64,000 nt of DNA from positions 372,001-436,000 of the forward strand of contig MU058000.1 in NCBI GenBank assembly GCA_013265495.1, in the 5' to 3' direction. Shown one piece after another: positions 25,886-39,692 of the stretch (its first letter is position 1; each line of letters begins with the position of its first letter). Position numbers and translations under genes: made by a program. Source of the DNA: Vicugna vicugna (Eukaryota). A model generated the notes under the pieces. It worked only from the letters and a program-made list of their open reading frames with translations, searched no databases and was not told where the DNA came from.

Positions 25886-25956
25886 NNNNNNNNNNNNNNN
25901 NNNNNNNNNNNNNNNNNNNNNNNNNNNNNNNNNNNNNNNNNNNNNNNNNNNNNNNN
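25886..25956. other. Assembly gap (71 N) flanked by poly(A) runs
   Basis: N run seen directly. Confidence 0.99.
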
Positions 25957-27284
25957 AAAAAAAAAAAAAAAAAAAAAAGAAAAGACTAAATTGAAAAGAT
26001 ATTTTATGCCAGATACAGCATTTCTAAAGCATTTAAGATAAGCGTGTTTGTAGAACTCTTTTCATTGACACTAATATAAAACAGGTCACAAATAAAAAAA
26101 AAATTGATGAAAAGCCGCAATCGAAAACAACTGTTAGTCTCTAATTGATCCAAACTGGGATCCCAAAAAAGCGCTTAAATTTTCAAAGTATAATATAGTA
26201 TGTCAAAAGATCACAGTTGAACGTAATAAACTAGAAAAGAGTGCCCTCTGGTGAGTTAGAAGAAAAATACCAATGCCTACAACTACATGTATTACTCTAT
26301 TAATGATAAACTCTACTATTTGGTTCTTTCTCCCTTTAATTATCTATAAGCATGACCTGCCTAGGAAGGTTTTGACATTTACGTGCAGCAAATAATTGAA
26401 AGGGCTTTTCATTTGCTTGTCAATCTTTTCTACTGTGATCTGCTAAAAATAAACCAGCTGCAAAAGATCAAAAACTAAAGTCAAGCTGAAAAATGTTTTA
26501 TTGGGACTCTCTAAAATAAACATGAAAGAAATTTTGTCTGATGCAAGATTTTCCTTGCTAAAAGTTGTGCAAATTCAAACGCACTTTACGTGTATCATTA
26601 TATAGCCCCCTAAATAAAATATACACTATTTGACTAACTGTATATTTGGTGCAGGAGGATACAGTGGATAGAAGACATTTGTATTTATTTAAGACAAGCA
26701 ATAAATACACCTTTGTAACAAGAAATCTTTTGCCACCAATCCTATAAGAAAAGTCCTGATCACAAGGAATCTTACTGGAGCAACAGTAATGTCCTAAACG
26801 GAATGATGGTAATAGTTGCACAACTTAGTACATTTACTGAAAATCACTGAATTGTATACTTAAAGCAGATTAACTTTATGGTAAATTACACCTCAAATCA
26901 AATTGGTTTTTAAAAAGACATTGGTAAACATAAGTTTAATTATTCAATAAAAGCTGATCAAAAATATTCCATCATTTGCTTAAAACAATTAAAATATTTA
27001 CTATGATATTCACTGTGCTTTACCAAAAATTCAAAATACCCTTCAGTGTCAAGCTTCTAATGTAACTAAGCAATCAACTGTTAATATCCCAACAGTTTAT
27101 GACTGTATCTGAAATAAATGCAGTACCTATTGGAATAGAAAACAATATTAAAAATAAATATCAAAAAATAAAGTTGTTAATTCATTCCATTTTTACAAAA
27201 TAAAAATATTTTTATTGTTCACTCTGAATATAAAAAGTAATAGCAACACTTAGAATATAAATAACACAGAACACAGAAGCACCT

Positions 27285-27920
27285 CAAACACATTAGGATG
27301 GCTATTATCAACAAAATAGAAAACAAGTGTTGGGGAGGATGTGGGGGAATCGGAACCCTGGTGCATTGTTAGTGGGATGTAAAAATGTATAGCTGCTATG
27401 GAAAATGGTATGGTGGTTCCTCAAAAAATTAAAAACAGCATTATCAGCTATTATGATCCAGCAGTTCCATTTCTACATATATGCCTAAAAGGTCTCAAAG
27501 AGATATCTGTACACTCATCTTCACAGCAGCATTATCCACAATAACTAAATGATGAAAGCAACTCAAGTTCCATTGGCAGATAAATGGATAAACAGAATGT
27601 GATTTATACATACAATGGAGTATTATTCAGCCTTAAAAGGGAAGAAATTCTTACACTTGCTAAAACATGAATAAAACTTGAAGACATCATGCTAAATGAA
27701 AAAAGCCAGAAACAAAAAGACAAATACGTATCATTCCACTTATATGAAGAACCTAGAGCAGTCACACTCATAGAAACAGAGCACAGAATGGTAGTTTTCA
27801 GGGGCTGAGGTAGGAATGATAGAGAGTTGTTGCTTAATGGGTATAGTTTCAGTTTTGCAGATGAAAGAGTTCTGTAGTTGGCTGCACAACAATGTGATTA
27901 TACATAACATAAAATCTGCT
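27285..27920 (+). mobile_element. L1MB-type 3' end
   Basis: CATTAGGATGGCTATTATCAA...GGAACCCTGGTGCATTGTTAGTGGG...CAGTTTTGCAGATGAAAGAGTTCTG. Confidence 0.8.
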
Positions 27921-28884
27921 AATACCATATATCTGGACAAAAACAATGTTAAATATTTTGTTGTATACTTGTAGTAATTCTTCTATGCATGTATGTGCAT
28001 TTACTAGTCAAACACATCCATTTCATCTACATTTAAAAAAATTAGGTGTTATACATAGTGTTTCATAAAATTTTTTCAGTTTATAATTTTTTTTTTTTTT
28101 GCAGTTCACATATCCTGGACAACTTTTCATGGCAACAAATCTACACCCTCATTCTTAACAAAGGCACTATTCTCCATAATTGATTAAAATAATTCCCTAT
28201 TGATAATAGGATAACATTTATTGATTTTTCCTCATATATGCTGTGACAAATAGTCATGTATAAGATCATTTTTGTCAACTCAAGGCCATTTTTGTAAATT
28301 CAAGATACAATCTTTAAGTGAAATTACTGAATCAAAAGAATGAACAAATTATAAAAAATAAGCACTTGAAAGAATTCTGAATTTTCACTGAAATCTTTCA
28401 CTCTAAAAAGAAAACTGAGGAGATGAAGTAAGATCCTTACACAACAAATTAATGAGATAAGTGAGCCCAATACAAGTCCCCATTTCTAGCAGTATCTTGT
28501 AATTCCCAGGTCCATTTTCACACATTCATTCAATAAGCATACACGGGCACTAATTTGGTCCAGCTTTACGCTAGGCAGAAGCTAGGGATACAGCAATACA
28601 CATGATGTATTCACAGACCCTACCTTCAAATAGCTTCTATCTGTTGAAGACTGATGTTGAATGAATAGTTAGAATTTCTCTAATTAAATTTAGTGAGTTG
28701 AATGACTTCTATATTTCAGGAAGGCTATGCCTATTAGCATCCTATCAAAATGAAAGCAGTTCAAGTAACCAAATACTAAAATCAAAATCCAAGATTATTT
28801 GGGTATTATCCACTCTACCAGCATACATGTCATGATGCAGAATTACTATATCTGGAGGATTCTTCCTCAGTTTTGAAATAATGT

Positions 28885-29416
28885 TTGTGTTAAGCGGCTT
28901 CTGGCGTGGTTTCAATGGTCTCTGCTCCCTGGTATTCCTGCACTGGTGTAATTTCCTCCTCTTGGGTGTGGGCTGACCCTAGTAACTTCCTTCTGATGAA
29001 CAGAATCAACAAAAGTGATGAGACATCACTCTCATGATTAGTTTACAAAAAATTATGACTTTCATCTTGCCAGCATGTTCTCTCTCATCTTCTCCTTCTC
29101 CCTCTAATGAAGCAAGCTGCCATGTTGTGAGACGCTCTATGGAGAGGCCACGTGTCAAAGAGACAAGAGAGGCCTCTGGCCAATCATGATGAACTGATGC
29201 TCCAATCCAATAACCTACAAGGAACTGAATGAGGGAGGAAGCAGATCCATTTTTGTCAAGCTTTGGGATGACTGCAGCCTGGGAGACACCCAGAGCCAAA
29301 GGACCCAGCTAAGCCACATATGTTCCCCTAACCGACAGAAACTGTAAGATAATAAAAGTTTTAAGCCAATAAGTTTGGAGAAATTTGTTACACAGCCATA
29401 GATAGATAATTAACAC
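28885..29416 (+). mobile_element. MaLR LTR (MLT1F-like)
   Basis: GAAGCAAGCTGCCATGTTGTGAG...ATGGAGAGGCCACGTG...TTTAAGCCAATAAGTTTGG...TTTGTTACACAGC. Confidence 0.75.
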
Positions 29417-29477
29417 AATTTTAAAATCTGTTTTCAAATAAATCTTTATCCAAGAAATAGTCTGATGAAGGAAAAAA

Positions 29478-29482
<5 letters not shown>

Positions 29483-29516
<34 letters not shown>

Positions 29517-29527
29517 TATATATATAA
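29483..29527. repeat. (TA)n microsatellite
   Basis: Seen directly. Confidence 0.95.
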
Positions 29528-29599
29528 TATTCTCCACTCCTCAAAATTTCTATCCATTGCATAGAATTTTGTTCTCCATTTCAAAATATTACAACCCTC

Positions 29600-30044
29600 T
29601 ATTTCTTCCATGGTAAAAGCATTTTTAATTTGACAGGTGGCCTCTCTCTGGCCTCTTCAGCTGCTAGCTGGCCATGTGACTTAAATGTTGGCAAATGGGA
29701 TAGATGCATAAGTGTCATGACATCTTCCAGAAACTATCCATAAGGGATAGCACATAGGCATCTTTTGCTCTCATACTCATCCCTTCCTCTGTCATGCTGC
29801 CTAGTATAAAAATACTGCCATCTTACACCATGAAGTTGAGGCCAGAACAGCAGAAAAACAGGAAGGGCATGACAGGGAGAGCCAGAATCCGTTAAATACT
29901 GTACATCAGTACATGGCACACCACATGCAACCCTGAACTCCCTACCTGAGACTCTTCCACAAGGGAGAAATAACTTGTCTTTTTTCCAATCACTGTTTTG
30001 GGGGGTTTTCAGTTATTTACAGTTAAAACTGATCTTAACTGATA
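29600..30044 (+). mobile_element. MaLR LTR (MLT1J-like)
   Basis: GGCCATGTGACT...GCCATCTT...end CTTAACTGATA. Confidence 0.55.
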
Positions 30045-30496
30045 GAAGCACTGAGTGAACAGGAAGACACTAAGCAAACAGAACCACTGTCTCATACAGC
30101 CATTGCAACATGGGAAGATAATATGCTGCTCTGTTTTAGTCAAGTCTGAAGAAAACCGTAAGTTGAAAAAACAAATAGACATTATAGCTAGTCAGCACTG
30201 AGAAAAATAAAACATACACAAACTAGCATGACTGGAAATGAAGAAACACAGAAAGTACTTTATGAATTTCAACAGTGGTAAAATTATAATCACCCTATAA
30301 AGCCACCAAAGTATCTACAGACCCAATCATCCAGATAGATCAATATGCTCAAAATGCTTTCCTTTTTCTACTGCTAATACACTGAGTCACTCAGCTCCAG
30401 CTAAGCCAGTAATAACCAAAGACCTAAAATATACATTTGGATATTCTAGTGTTTTCTGTGTCTAGTCTTTCTCATCTATTTCTATGTTACATTTCT

Positions 30497-31000
30497 GTAT
30501 CAGTTAGGGTACAGTCTAGGCTCTTTCAAAAAGATCAAATACACATCAGCTCAAATAAGATAAAAGTTTCTGTCTAATATTACAGCCCAGAAGAAAAAGC
30601 AGGGCAAGCTGGCAGGCCACTCTGCTCCCTAAGGTCATTCAGAGATTCACATCTCTCCACCTGTTGCTCCACCACCCCCAGGTCATTCTCTGCATCTGCA
30701 TGGTAAGCTGGGTCATGCTACATCCCCGTTTTAACCCACATAGAGAGTAAGTTCCAGACAAGTGGCTTTGTTTTCAAGAAGACAACTCAGAATTGCACCC
30801 ATTGCTTTTGCTCATGTTTAGTCACATGGTCACAATTTAGCTGTAAAGGAAAACTGAGAATGTCATCTCCACCTGAGTAACCAGGTGCCTGGATAACTGC
30901 TGGAAGTAGAGAGGGGGCTGATGAGGGCAGGAGTGTGGGAATTTTATACCAATAGGAAGAAAGAACTCAATATTAGGGGCCAATTAGAATTAACATAACT
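30497..31000 (-). mobile_element. MaLR LTR (MLT1K/L-like)
   Basis: TGTATCAGTTAGGG start; TAGTCACATGGTCACAATTTAGCTGTAAAGG motif. Confidence 0.55.
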
Positions 31001-31011
31001 TCAACATATAT

Positions 31012-31137
31012 ATTGGGGTTCTTTGGGTGGGGTAATTAGGCTTATTTATTTACTCTTAGAGGAGGTACTGGGGATTGAACCCAGGACCTCACATATGCTA
31101 AGCATGCACTCTACCACTTGAGCTATACACTCACTCC
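31012..31137 (-). mobile_element. tRNA-derived SINE (camelid Vic-1-like)
   Basis: GGAGGTACTGGGGATTGAACCCAGGACCTC...ATGCTAAGCATGCACTCTACCACTTGAGCTATA is the reverse complement of the SINE head at 32789. Confidence 0.85.
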
Positions 31138-31629
31138 TCATATTGTTATTTTAAGGCAAGCCACCTTTCATCCTTTTTGGAAAAGAGTAAGATGAATGCT
31201 AACTCTCAGATGAAAGTATTAAAAGAGGACATTTAACATACAAATTATAAAATTAAGCAATATGTAAAAAATTAGAGACACACATAGACTTTAGTTTTGT
31301 ACATCTACTTCTATAAATTTATTCTACCAATTTATTTTCCCGTATCAAAAAATGGTACACATACAAGGTCAATAACTGCAGTGCTGTGTATAAAAGCAAA
31401 AGATCAAAACAAACTAAATGTCCATCAATATGAGATCGGTTAAATAAATTACGGGACATTCATTCAATGGAATAGTTTAAATACTAGAAGAAAGGAATTA
31501 GAAAGCTCATTAGATGCTAATATGGAATAATCTAAAATCTCAAAAACATGTAAGTGAAAAAGGCAATACACAGAACTGTGTTTATTATGCTAACTGCTAC
31601 CAATTATATAATAAAAAAAAAAAAAACAG

Positions 31630-32170
31630 GATACAGAGGCTTCTCTCAAGGTGGTCACATTCAACTGGAAACTTGAATGACAAGAGGGAACCAGCCATGT
31701 ATAAAATTGGGAAAAGAAAAGAGAAGCCAGTGCCAAGACCCCATTGTAGGAATGAGTTTGGCAAAATCAAAGTACATAAAGAAAGCCAGATAATATAGGT
31801 ATTACAGGCTATGGTAAGAAATTTGAAACGAAAACCTCAAGTAGGGTTTGAAAGAGCATGGGAATAATTCACTGTGATAGTAATTTTTGAAAATCAATCG
31901 GCACAGACACTGTCAGCACAGACAGGGGCAAATGTAGGAGGCTAGAGACCAAATTCAATGCAGTCCACTGCAGTGAACTCAATACAAGTGATTGAACAGA
32001 AGTATTAGGCAAAAGTAAGTAGAACCGAGCAAGATTTCAGAAATAAAAAGGACAAGATTTGATAATGGACCGAAAGTGTAGCACGAAGAAAAAGATCTAG
32101 AGTGAACCCTAGGTGACCCTGGATGGACTGTGATGTCATTTCCTGAGATGAGGAAGACCAAAGGAAAAGC
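31630..32170 (-). mobile_element. L2 fragment
   Basis: Purine-rich decayed L2 motifs (GGCTTCTCTCAAGGTGG...GATGTCATTTCCTGAGATGAGGAAGAC). Confidence 0.5.
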
Positions 32171-32788
32171 AAGTAAAAACAGTTCTCAACAGAAGCGCAC
32201 GGACTTTGTACCTAACAACACATAACTTTTGAGTGATGGGATAATTCCCAATAACAACAATTATTTTAAAGACTGCATTTATTATTGGCTCCTCACATTT
32301 ATTTTCTATTTCTGAGACCTAAGGGAAAAATATTAGCAGTATCACCTAACAGTACAAAATTCATTTTTATCAGAGTGCATCTTAATCAAATGTACTGTTA
32401 AGTTGTAGCAAGAAGTCCTAAATTATCTAAATTTAGTTATAAAAATTAGCAAAATAACAAAAATCAAAATTAGAATCGTTTTTAAAGTTAGCATTTAACA
32501 AAAGGAGGTGAAACAAAAGCATTCTATTTATGGGGTGGTATTCTGGTTCTTCAATATGTTGATTCCTCAGATCTTTAACAATGTTTGCTGGTTTAAATCC
32601 ATTTCAGTAAATATTTATTATACATCCTGCTGTTGTGATCTATGCAATAACCATCTTATCCTCAATGCAGTGTTGAGAAAATTCTTAGAGTTTGAATAAT
32701 GATCAACTCTTCCAGAAACAGCCAGATCCATGTTTACATTTTTAATTTAAATAGTGACCCTCTTACAGAAATAAAAACAAAATTGAGT

Positions 32789-32909
32789 GGGGAGGGCATA
32801 GCTCAGTGGTAGGGTGTGTGCTTAGCATGCACGAGGTCCTGGGTTCAATCCCCAGTACCTCCATTAAAAAATAAATAAACCTAATTAAAAAAGAAAAAAA
32901 CCACAAACA

Positions 32910-32952
<43 letters not shown>

Positions 32953-32975
32953 ACAAACAAACAAACAAATAAAAA
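32789..32975 (+). mobile_element. tRNA-derived SINE (camelid Vic-1-like) with (TAAA)n(CAAA)n tail
   Basis: GGGGAGGGCATAGCTCAGTGG (A box) ...GGTTCAATCCC (B box) ...AGTACCTCCA, then A-rich tail. Confidence 0.9.
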
Positions 32976-33764
32976 TTAGCTTTTTCCTCCATAAATAATC
33001 AAACTTAATATGGACTCATATCACACTCAAAGGGTAAAGACTAGACAACTAATGAAATAAAATTTCCCCTGTGGTATGAGACCCACAAAATATTGATTGC
33101 TTATTATCACAATTAAGTGTTAATAGGAAGTATTTTCCACAACATCATGCTATAAATAACTCCTTTCCAATGGGTACTTTGATAAAAAAACAAAAATCTA
33201 TGATTCACAAAGGGAGTAACAAATTAGATCTTGGCATGTATGACAGCAACCCATACTTTTGCCTCTCAAAGAAAAATGTATTCTATAAACTTTCAAGATA
33301 TATTCTAGTTACTGAGAAAATGCATGATAAACAACTATAGCCTGAGAATAATGCACAATAAATGTGATTAACAGTGGTTACCAAAAGAAAATGGAATTGG
33401 TGAGAGATAGGGGCAGTCATTCATTTTTCTTTATGTATTTGTACAATATTTAAAAGTTTTTCACAGTAAATGTGCATCACTTTGGTAATTTTATTTTAAA
33501 CTTAAATCTGGAGGGGGAAACAGCTGCAGCCTCTGAGAAATTTAATGCTCAAATAACAGAACTGCATCTTCCCTGACAGCATGCTATCATGAATTCACAA
33601 ATACAACACAGTATGTCAAACAGTTATAAAATGTAAATGTTGACTTCAATTGGAATAAGTGAGTCACAAAATCTTTATTAAGCCTTGTACAAACTGAAAG
33701 TAAACAGCATGTGGCCTTCAGAAGACCTTCTAAAACTCAACAATATTCTTTTTAAGTTTTGCAG

Positions 33765-34575
33765 TAGACAATTGTTTCTTAATCAGAACTACATACACCC
33801 ACACGAGGTTTGAGATACTCTGTACAGTCATGATACAGCCTTACTTTAAAAGCAAATTACAGAAAGCACAAAACAACCTGATGTGAGGGACTAGTAGATG
33901 AGCAATTCAATCGAGTGCACAATTAGGTGTGTATAATTTTCCAGGTTTTGGCAATATGAAAGGATGTGTCCTGATGAGCTGGGCATGCTGGACAGTTGTG
34001 TAAATCAGCTATGCCAGTGAGCTAATAAGCACTAGTGAGGTGTGACATCCAGTTGTACAATCATAGCTTTATCTGATGTGGAGTAATTCCTGATGCATGG
34101 TAATGATGGTATGAAAGAACACACGCTTTCTTTGAATTCAGCTGTTAACTCTGAGCTCAGTGGTTCTAATTTAGACCTACATTAACACTCTCGACTATGT
34201 AAATAGTACTTGCTAGCTTTACTTGCTATATAAAAGAAATAAAAATAAAATAACTCGGCTCACTATGCGCTCTCTTGTAAAACAGTGAAATACACCCAGC
34301 ACTTCAAACTCCAAACATAAACCATCCCACCTACCTAACAATGTCAAAAGCCAGCATGACAGTACAGCTGGCTACGTCCACAGCTTACTGAGATCTACAA
34401 GGATCTCAACAGAATATTGAGGGTATCTGAGTTTGGATCAAAGCCCTTGTTACTAGCATGCCCACAGGTTGTACACCTATGTAACAAGTAAAGGAAGCCT
34501 CTTACAACAGCTGAAAAGCCTGATATACTCATGTTCATTAGAAACAGCACAGTAATGAAGTCTGACATATACAAA
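33765..34575 (+). mobile_element. hAT-Charlie-like DNA transposon, 5' part
   Basis: TIR-like CAATTGTTTCTTAATC; frameshifted remnant RKPLTTAEK/LIYSCSLETAQ resembling the KPHTIGEELILP motif of Charlie/Buster transposases. Confidence 0.5.
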
Positions 34576-34579
34576 AAGA

Positions 34580-37500
34580 TTCAGGAAGTGTCGCTTCAAA
34601 AAATGACAGACTGGATAATTCAGACCATTCCTTCCACTGAAAATAATTTAAACAGCTAGAAATAATATTTTAAATGAATGTCCGCTTTCAGGCATCAGAA
34701 AGCAAAAAAGATAAACACATATGAGACCACGATGCAAAAGCTGAAAGAAACCCGGAGAGGGTGTTCTAGCTTTTCTCCCTGTAATATCAGCCAATTTCAG
34801 AAAAGGCAGCAGAGACACTGAGAAGCTGAACAGTTTTTAGCAGATGTATTGAGTTAAAGGGGAAAAACTGGAATTGAGAGCCTTTCCAAGGAAAGGGGGC
34901 CCTAGTTAAACACCCCCCACCCCAAAAAACAACTCAGCCTTTGGGCTGGAATCCTAAAGGACTGTACACTAGCAGTAAAGATGAATCAGAAATAGCTGAA
35001 ACCTGGCACTGAAGTTTAATACTGAAATATCTCAACAAAAAATGATAAGGTAACTGATGATTGCCATGGCCCTAACCTATAACAAAAAGCAATCATGTCC
35101 TTTCATACGTGATAATTATCAAGTTATCTAATGCAAGTTTTCTTCAAAGAAAATAAAACACATTTTCTGTCAAACAAAAATAACTGGGCAATCAAAAATA
35201 AACAGTAGGAAAAAAACAATGTGATTAAACTCCAAGCAAAATAAGAGATAATAGAAATAGAAATAGATCTACAGAAGATCCAGATAATGGAGTTACAAGA
35301 CACAGAAACACAGATTGAGGATATTGGCAAAGAACTACAAAGTAAAAAATATATAAATGAAATATGTAATAACTGAAAGTAAAAATTAGTGGATGGGTTT
35401 AGTAGATTTAATTCAGCTGAAGAAAGTAACTAAAGAATGGAGAAACAAAGAATAAAAAATTATAAAAATGAACATAAGAGATAAAAGGGATAGAGTGAAA
35501 AGTCTAATAGTACATGAAATTTGAAGTCCAAAAAGAAAAGACAGAGAATTAGGTAAAAGTAATTTTTGAAAAGATAATGGAACTATAACATCAAACAACA
35601 AATCAAAAGAACACAACTAAGCTCATGATAGTAAAACTGCAGAAAACCAAAGACTAAGAGGAAAAACTCAGAAGCAATTAGAGAAAAATATCTATTATCA
35701 CGCAAAAAAGCACCAATAAGACTAACAGCTGACTTCTCAACAGAAACAACAAGATCCAGAAAATGATAAAATGCTACCTTCAAAGTACTAAATGGGGAAA
35801 TAGTAGCCTATCTATAATTTTATATCCAGTGAAAATCTCTTTCAACATTTCAACACACTTTCAGACAAGTATAAAGAGGATGGATCTATAACCAGAAGAC
35901 CCACTCTAAATAAAATTCTAAATGGGATTCTTTCAGGTATATGCAGATTCACTCTAAAGGCAATTTTAAAGTATGTTCCCAAGGCATATGTGGAATCTCA
36001 GAGATGCAGAAAGGAATGAAGAAAGTAGAAAGATACGTAAAACAAAGAGTAAATATAAAGGTAAATCTAAATGAATTACTTATGAAACAATAACAGTAAT
36101 GTCCTGTGTGGCTCAAGTGAATACAGAATTAAAATACATGATAATAGCAGAAAAGTGGAGAGTGAGTTCACTGGAGTTAGAGTGTTCTGAGATCCTTGCA
36201 TTTTAGGAAGAGCTGAAAGTGCTAATGTATACTAGATTTGATAAGTTAAGGATGCATGTTTTAATCCCTACCTTAGCCATAAAAGAACAACAAAATAAGG
36301 TATAACTACCAAGATAATTAATAAGGAAATTAGAAAAACGAAAGCTAATAAATCCAAAGGATAGAAGAAGAAATTTTAAACACAGAATATAGGTGGAACC
36401 AATAGAAAGCAAATAGTAAGATGGTAGATTTATACAAACTAAATCAGTATTTACATTAAATGTAAAAGGGTAAATCTCCAAATAAAAAACAAAGATTGTT
36501 ATATTTTTAATGTTAAATGAACTCTATAAAATAGTATAAAAATATCAAATAGACCAAATCTTATAAATAATGTATTAAATATAAGACCTCCGTATTAAAA
36601 AAAAAAACTACAAAAAATTAAGAAGGATTTACTATGCTCATAAATTGGAAAACTCACTATTGTAAAGATTTCTATTCTCTTCAAGTTGACCTATGGAAAC
36701 AAGGTAACCCAAACAAGATCCCAGCAGGTTTTTAAATAATTTCACGTTGATTCTAAAATGTTTACAGAAATACAAATAGCGACAAACACACAAGACAAGC
36801 TTGAAGAACAAAGTAAAAGGACTTACTCCACTATATCACAACTTATCATAAAGCAACAGTAATCAAGACAGTATGACAGGAGTACTGGGACAGACAAATT
36901 AACCAGATGATTGAACAAAGAGTCCAATAACAGATGCCTACACATATGACCATTTGATTTATGACCAGGATGTAGCGTAAAGTGGTGGGGAAAAAGGTAG
37001 TCCTTTCAATAAATTAAACTGAATCAACTGGGTATCCATATAAAATGTATGACCTCTACTTCACATGAGAAACAAATACCATTTCTAAGTAAATATTAGA
37101 TCTTAATGTGAAAGGTAAAACAATTTGCTTCTAGAAGATTATATAAGAGAATATTTTCATGATCTTAAGATAGGGAACAATTTCTTAAACAGCTCAAAAA
37201 AGCACACACCACAAAGAAAAAATGGAAAAGTAAACTAGATTAAATTTTAACAGAAGACCCCATTAAGAGAATTTTAAGAATAAGAACAAACAGCAGTAGC
37301 ATAGGAGACAACATTTGCAATACATATAACTGACCAAGTACTGATATACAATATATAAAAACTTTCCATAAATCTAAGCAATCCAATAAAAAAAAGTGGG
37401 CACAAGAAGCAAACTGGAATGTCAAAAAAGAAAATAGCCAATAGCCAACAAACATATGAAAAGATGCTCATCATCGTTAAGTAATCATGAAAATGCCAAT

Positions 37501-38210
37501 TAAAACCATGATGAAATACCATAAGCACCTAACACAATGGCTACTACTGAAAGACTGATAAAACCAGGTCCGAAGAGATGAAAGAACAGTTTCTCACACG
37601 CTAGAGGGATGTAAATGAGTGCAACCACTTTGGAAACCTGTTAATCGGTATCCACTAAATTTGAAGGCACCTCGCAATTTGCACTCTATGTTATGTACCA
37701 ACAGAAATGCTTGCACATGTGCAATAATAAGACTGGTAACAGTAGACTATTTGTAATAGCCCAAAATTTGAAATAATTCAAATATCATAAAATGTCAAAA
37801 TATATTGCGTTATATCCAAACAAATGCTAAAGAGCAATAAAAATAAACTGCAAGTCCATGACAGATCACCCAGATATACTGCCATCATGATGAGCAAAAG
37901 AAGTCAGACACACAAAAAAAATGCCCTATAAATATGATTCCATTTATATAAAAATTTCAAACAGGCAAAATTAATCTATACAGTTAAAAGTCAAAATAGT
38001 GGGCAAGGAAGGAGAAATTAGTGACTGGTGGGGAGTGAGGAGGCTTCTTGTGCATTGGTAATGTTCTATTTCTATATCAGAGTGGCGGTTACACAGGTGT
38101 GCTCACCCTGTAATAATTCATCAAGTGATACATTAACATGTGTACTTGTCTATAAGTACATTAAATCCTCAAACTTTTTAAATTAAAAATAAGGGGGAAA
38201 AAAAAAAAAA
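34580..38210 (+). mobile_element. Old L1 with 5'UTR, ORF1, deleted ORF2 and 3' end (about 3.6 kb)
   Basis: ORF1 motif ATAAGACTAACAGCTGACTTCTCAACAGAAAC; ORF2 CAAAGCAACAGTAATCAAGACAGTATG-like motif; 3'UTR and A-tail near 38198-38211. Confidence 0.8.
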
Positions 38211-38900
38211 AGACAAAGCCTCAGCAGGTCCCTTGCCAAGTTACAGGTTCCACTATAGAATTTATGAGAAGAGCCAGAGGATCATTTAGTAAGTTACTGA
38301 GGACCTTGGAGCTACGTTGTTAAAAATGTGCTTTCAGCACCTATTTATATAGTATGTAAATCAGACAATGGTACAGATTTCTTGCTGTGTGACCTACTGC
38401 AATTAAATAAGAAAGACATCAATCTGTTCATCTCAGAAAAAAACTTTTTTTTTGAAGTATACAGTATTTTAGATATTTTAGACTGGTACAGTTTAAATCG
38501 AAGATGCCCTTGGTATGTCTGGAAAAATCTAGGACTTTATGTTAAAAAAAAAAAAAGAAGTATCCCATATCTTGATCGCACATTAGATGCCACCTCATCA
38601 CACGCTAACTGCAAAGACTTTGTCTACTTCAACAGAAGCGGGGCATTGTATCTTCACCTCTCTGGGGCACTTCACAAAGATATTAGCACCAAAACACAAG
38701 AGGGAGGTGTTTTTATGTGGCCAGGGGCTCATTTATATTTTTGAAATGCACAAACTTCACTCAAGAAGAGTCGTACCTAAGCTGATCACTTTGAAAACAG
38801 AGCATATCCAACTCTCAGCATATGTGGGCCAATAAATTTCAACTCCAAAATAAACTCAATATATCCATGCAAGGAACTGTAAACACAGTGACAACTGGAG
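38211..38900 (+). mobile_element. hAT-Charlie-like transposase remnant, 3' part
   Basis: QQVPLPSYRFHYRI (cf. VPLSN-T---RI), DFLLCDLL (cf. DFLFC--L), HHTLTAKTL (cf. H-HALA-KTL), CGQGLIYIFEM (cf. RG-VL-R-FEL), spread over several frames. Confidence 0.6.
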
Positions 38901-39692
38901 AAAAATAATTAGGAAACTCTCAGTTTGAATAAAACAGGTTCAGAAAAGAAAATTCTGCTACCATTCTTGTCTTAAAAAAACAAAGATACTACGGGAAATG
39001 AATGAATACATATTTATTTACGTCAGGAGCAATGTGTAACAGTTAAGTGACAATTTCTATTGATGTTTTTACCCTAAAGAAACTGATGATGCAAAGAAAT
39101 GGACACTTGTATGTACTTCATTTTTAACTTTAATTCCAGCAAGAATAATGATTTGATAAAAAGAAACCGATGAACAATGAGTATCAACAATCTAAGTTTG
39201 AGATAATAAAACTTGAGAATCAGGGTTTTTTTCAGTCAGTACCATGTCAAACAAAAACTGACAGCAAGGAGTCTTTGCAGCAACTGTGATCACACGCTTA
39301 TGTGAGCTGACCTGAAAATACTTAATGGGGAGAGCTACAGAGTCACTAGCAAAAAATTCTGTATTTCTCAAATATCATTTAATAAGAGCCACAAAAATCA
39401 CTGAGTCAATGAAATTTAAAATATCTTTCAAATATTCATAACAAACTCTAAAAATTAATTCTATCTCTAGTATAGATATAGTTATCAAACTGTAAATATT
39501 TCAGAGTTAAATACCTAAAACTCATGAACATTTTATAAGAGGTGCAAGAACTTATCTTTAGACAAAATGGCATATACCATCCAAAAAGTTAAGATCTACT
39601 AAACTTCTTTGGGATTATGACTGGCTCAACCACTCTCTCTACCACCTGCATACGAAATAAAACTTTTTTTTCAGTAAACAAAGAGATCTCAC

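Noticed and set aside
32789..32865. tRNA gene
   Set aside because: A and B boxes are present, but they are followed by an A-rich SINE tail and a diverged second copy lies at 31012-31137, so this is a SINE.
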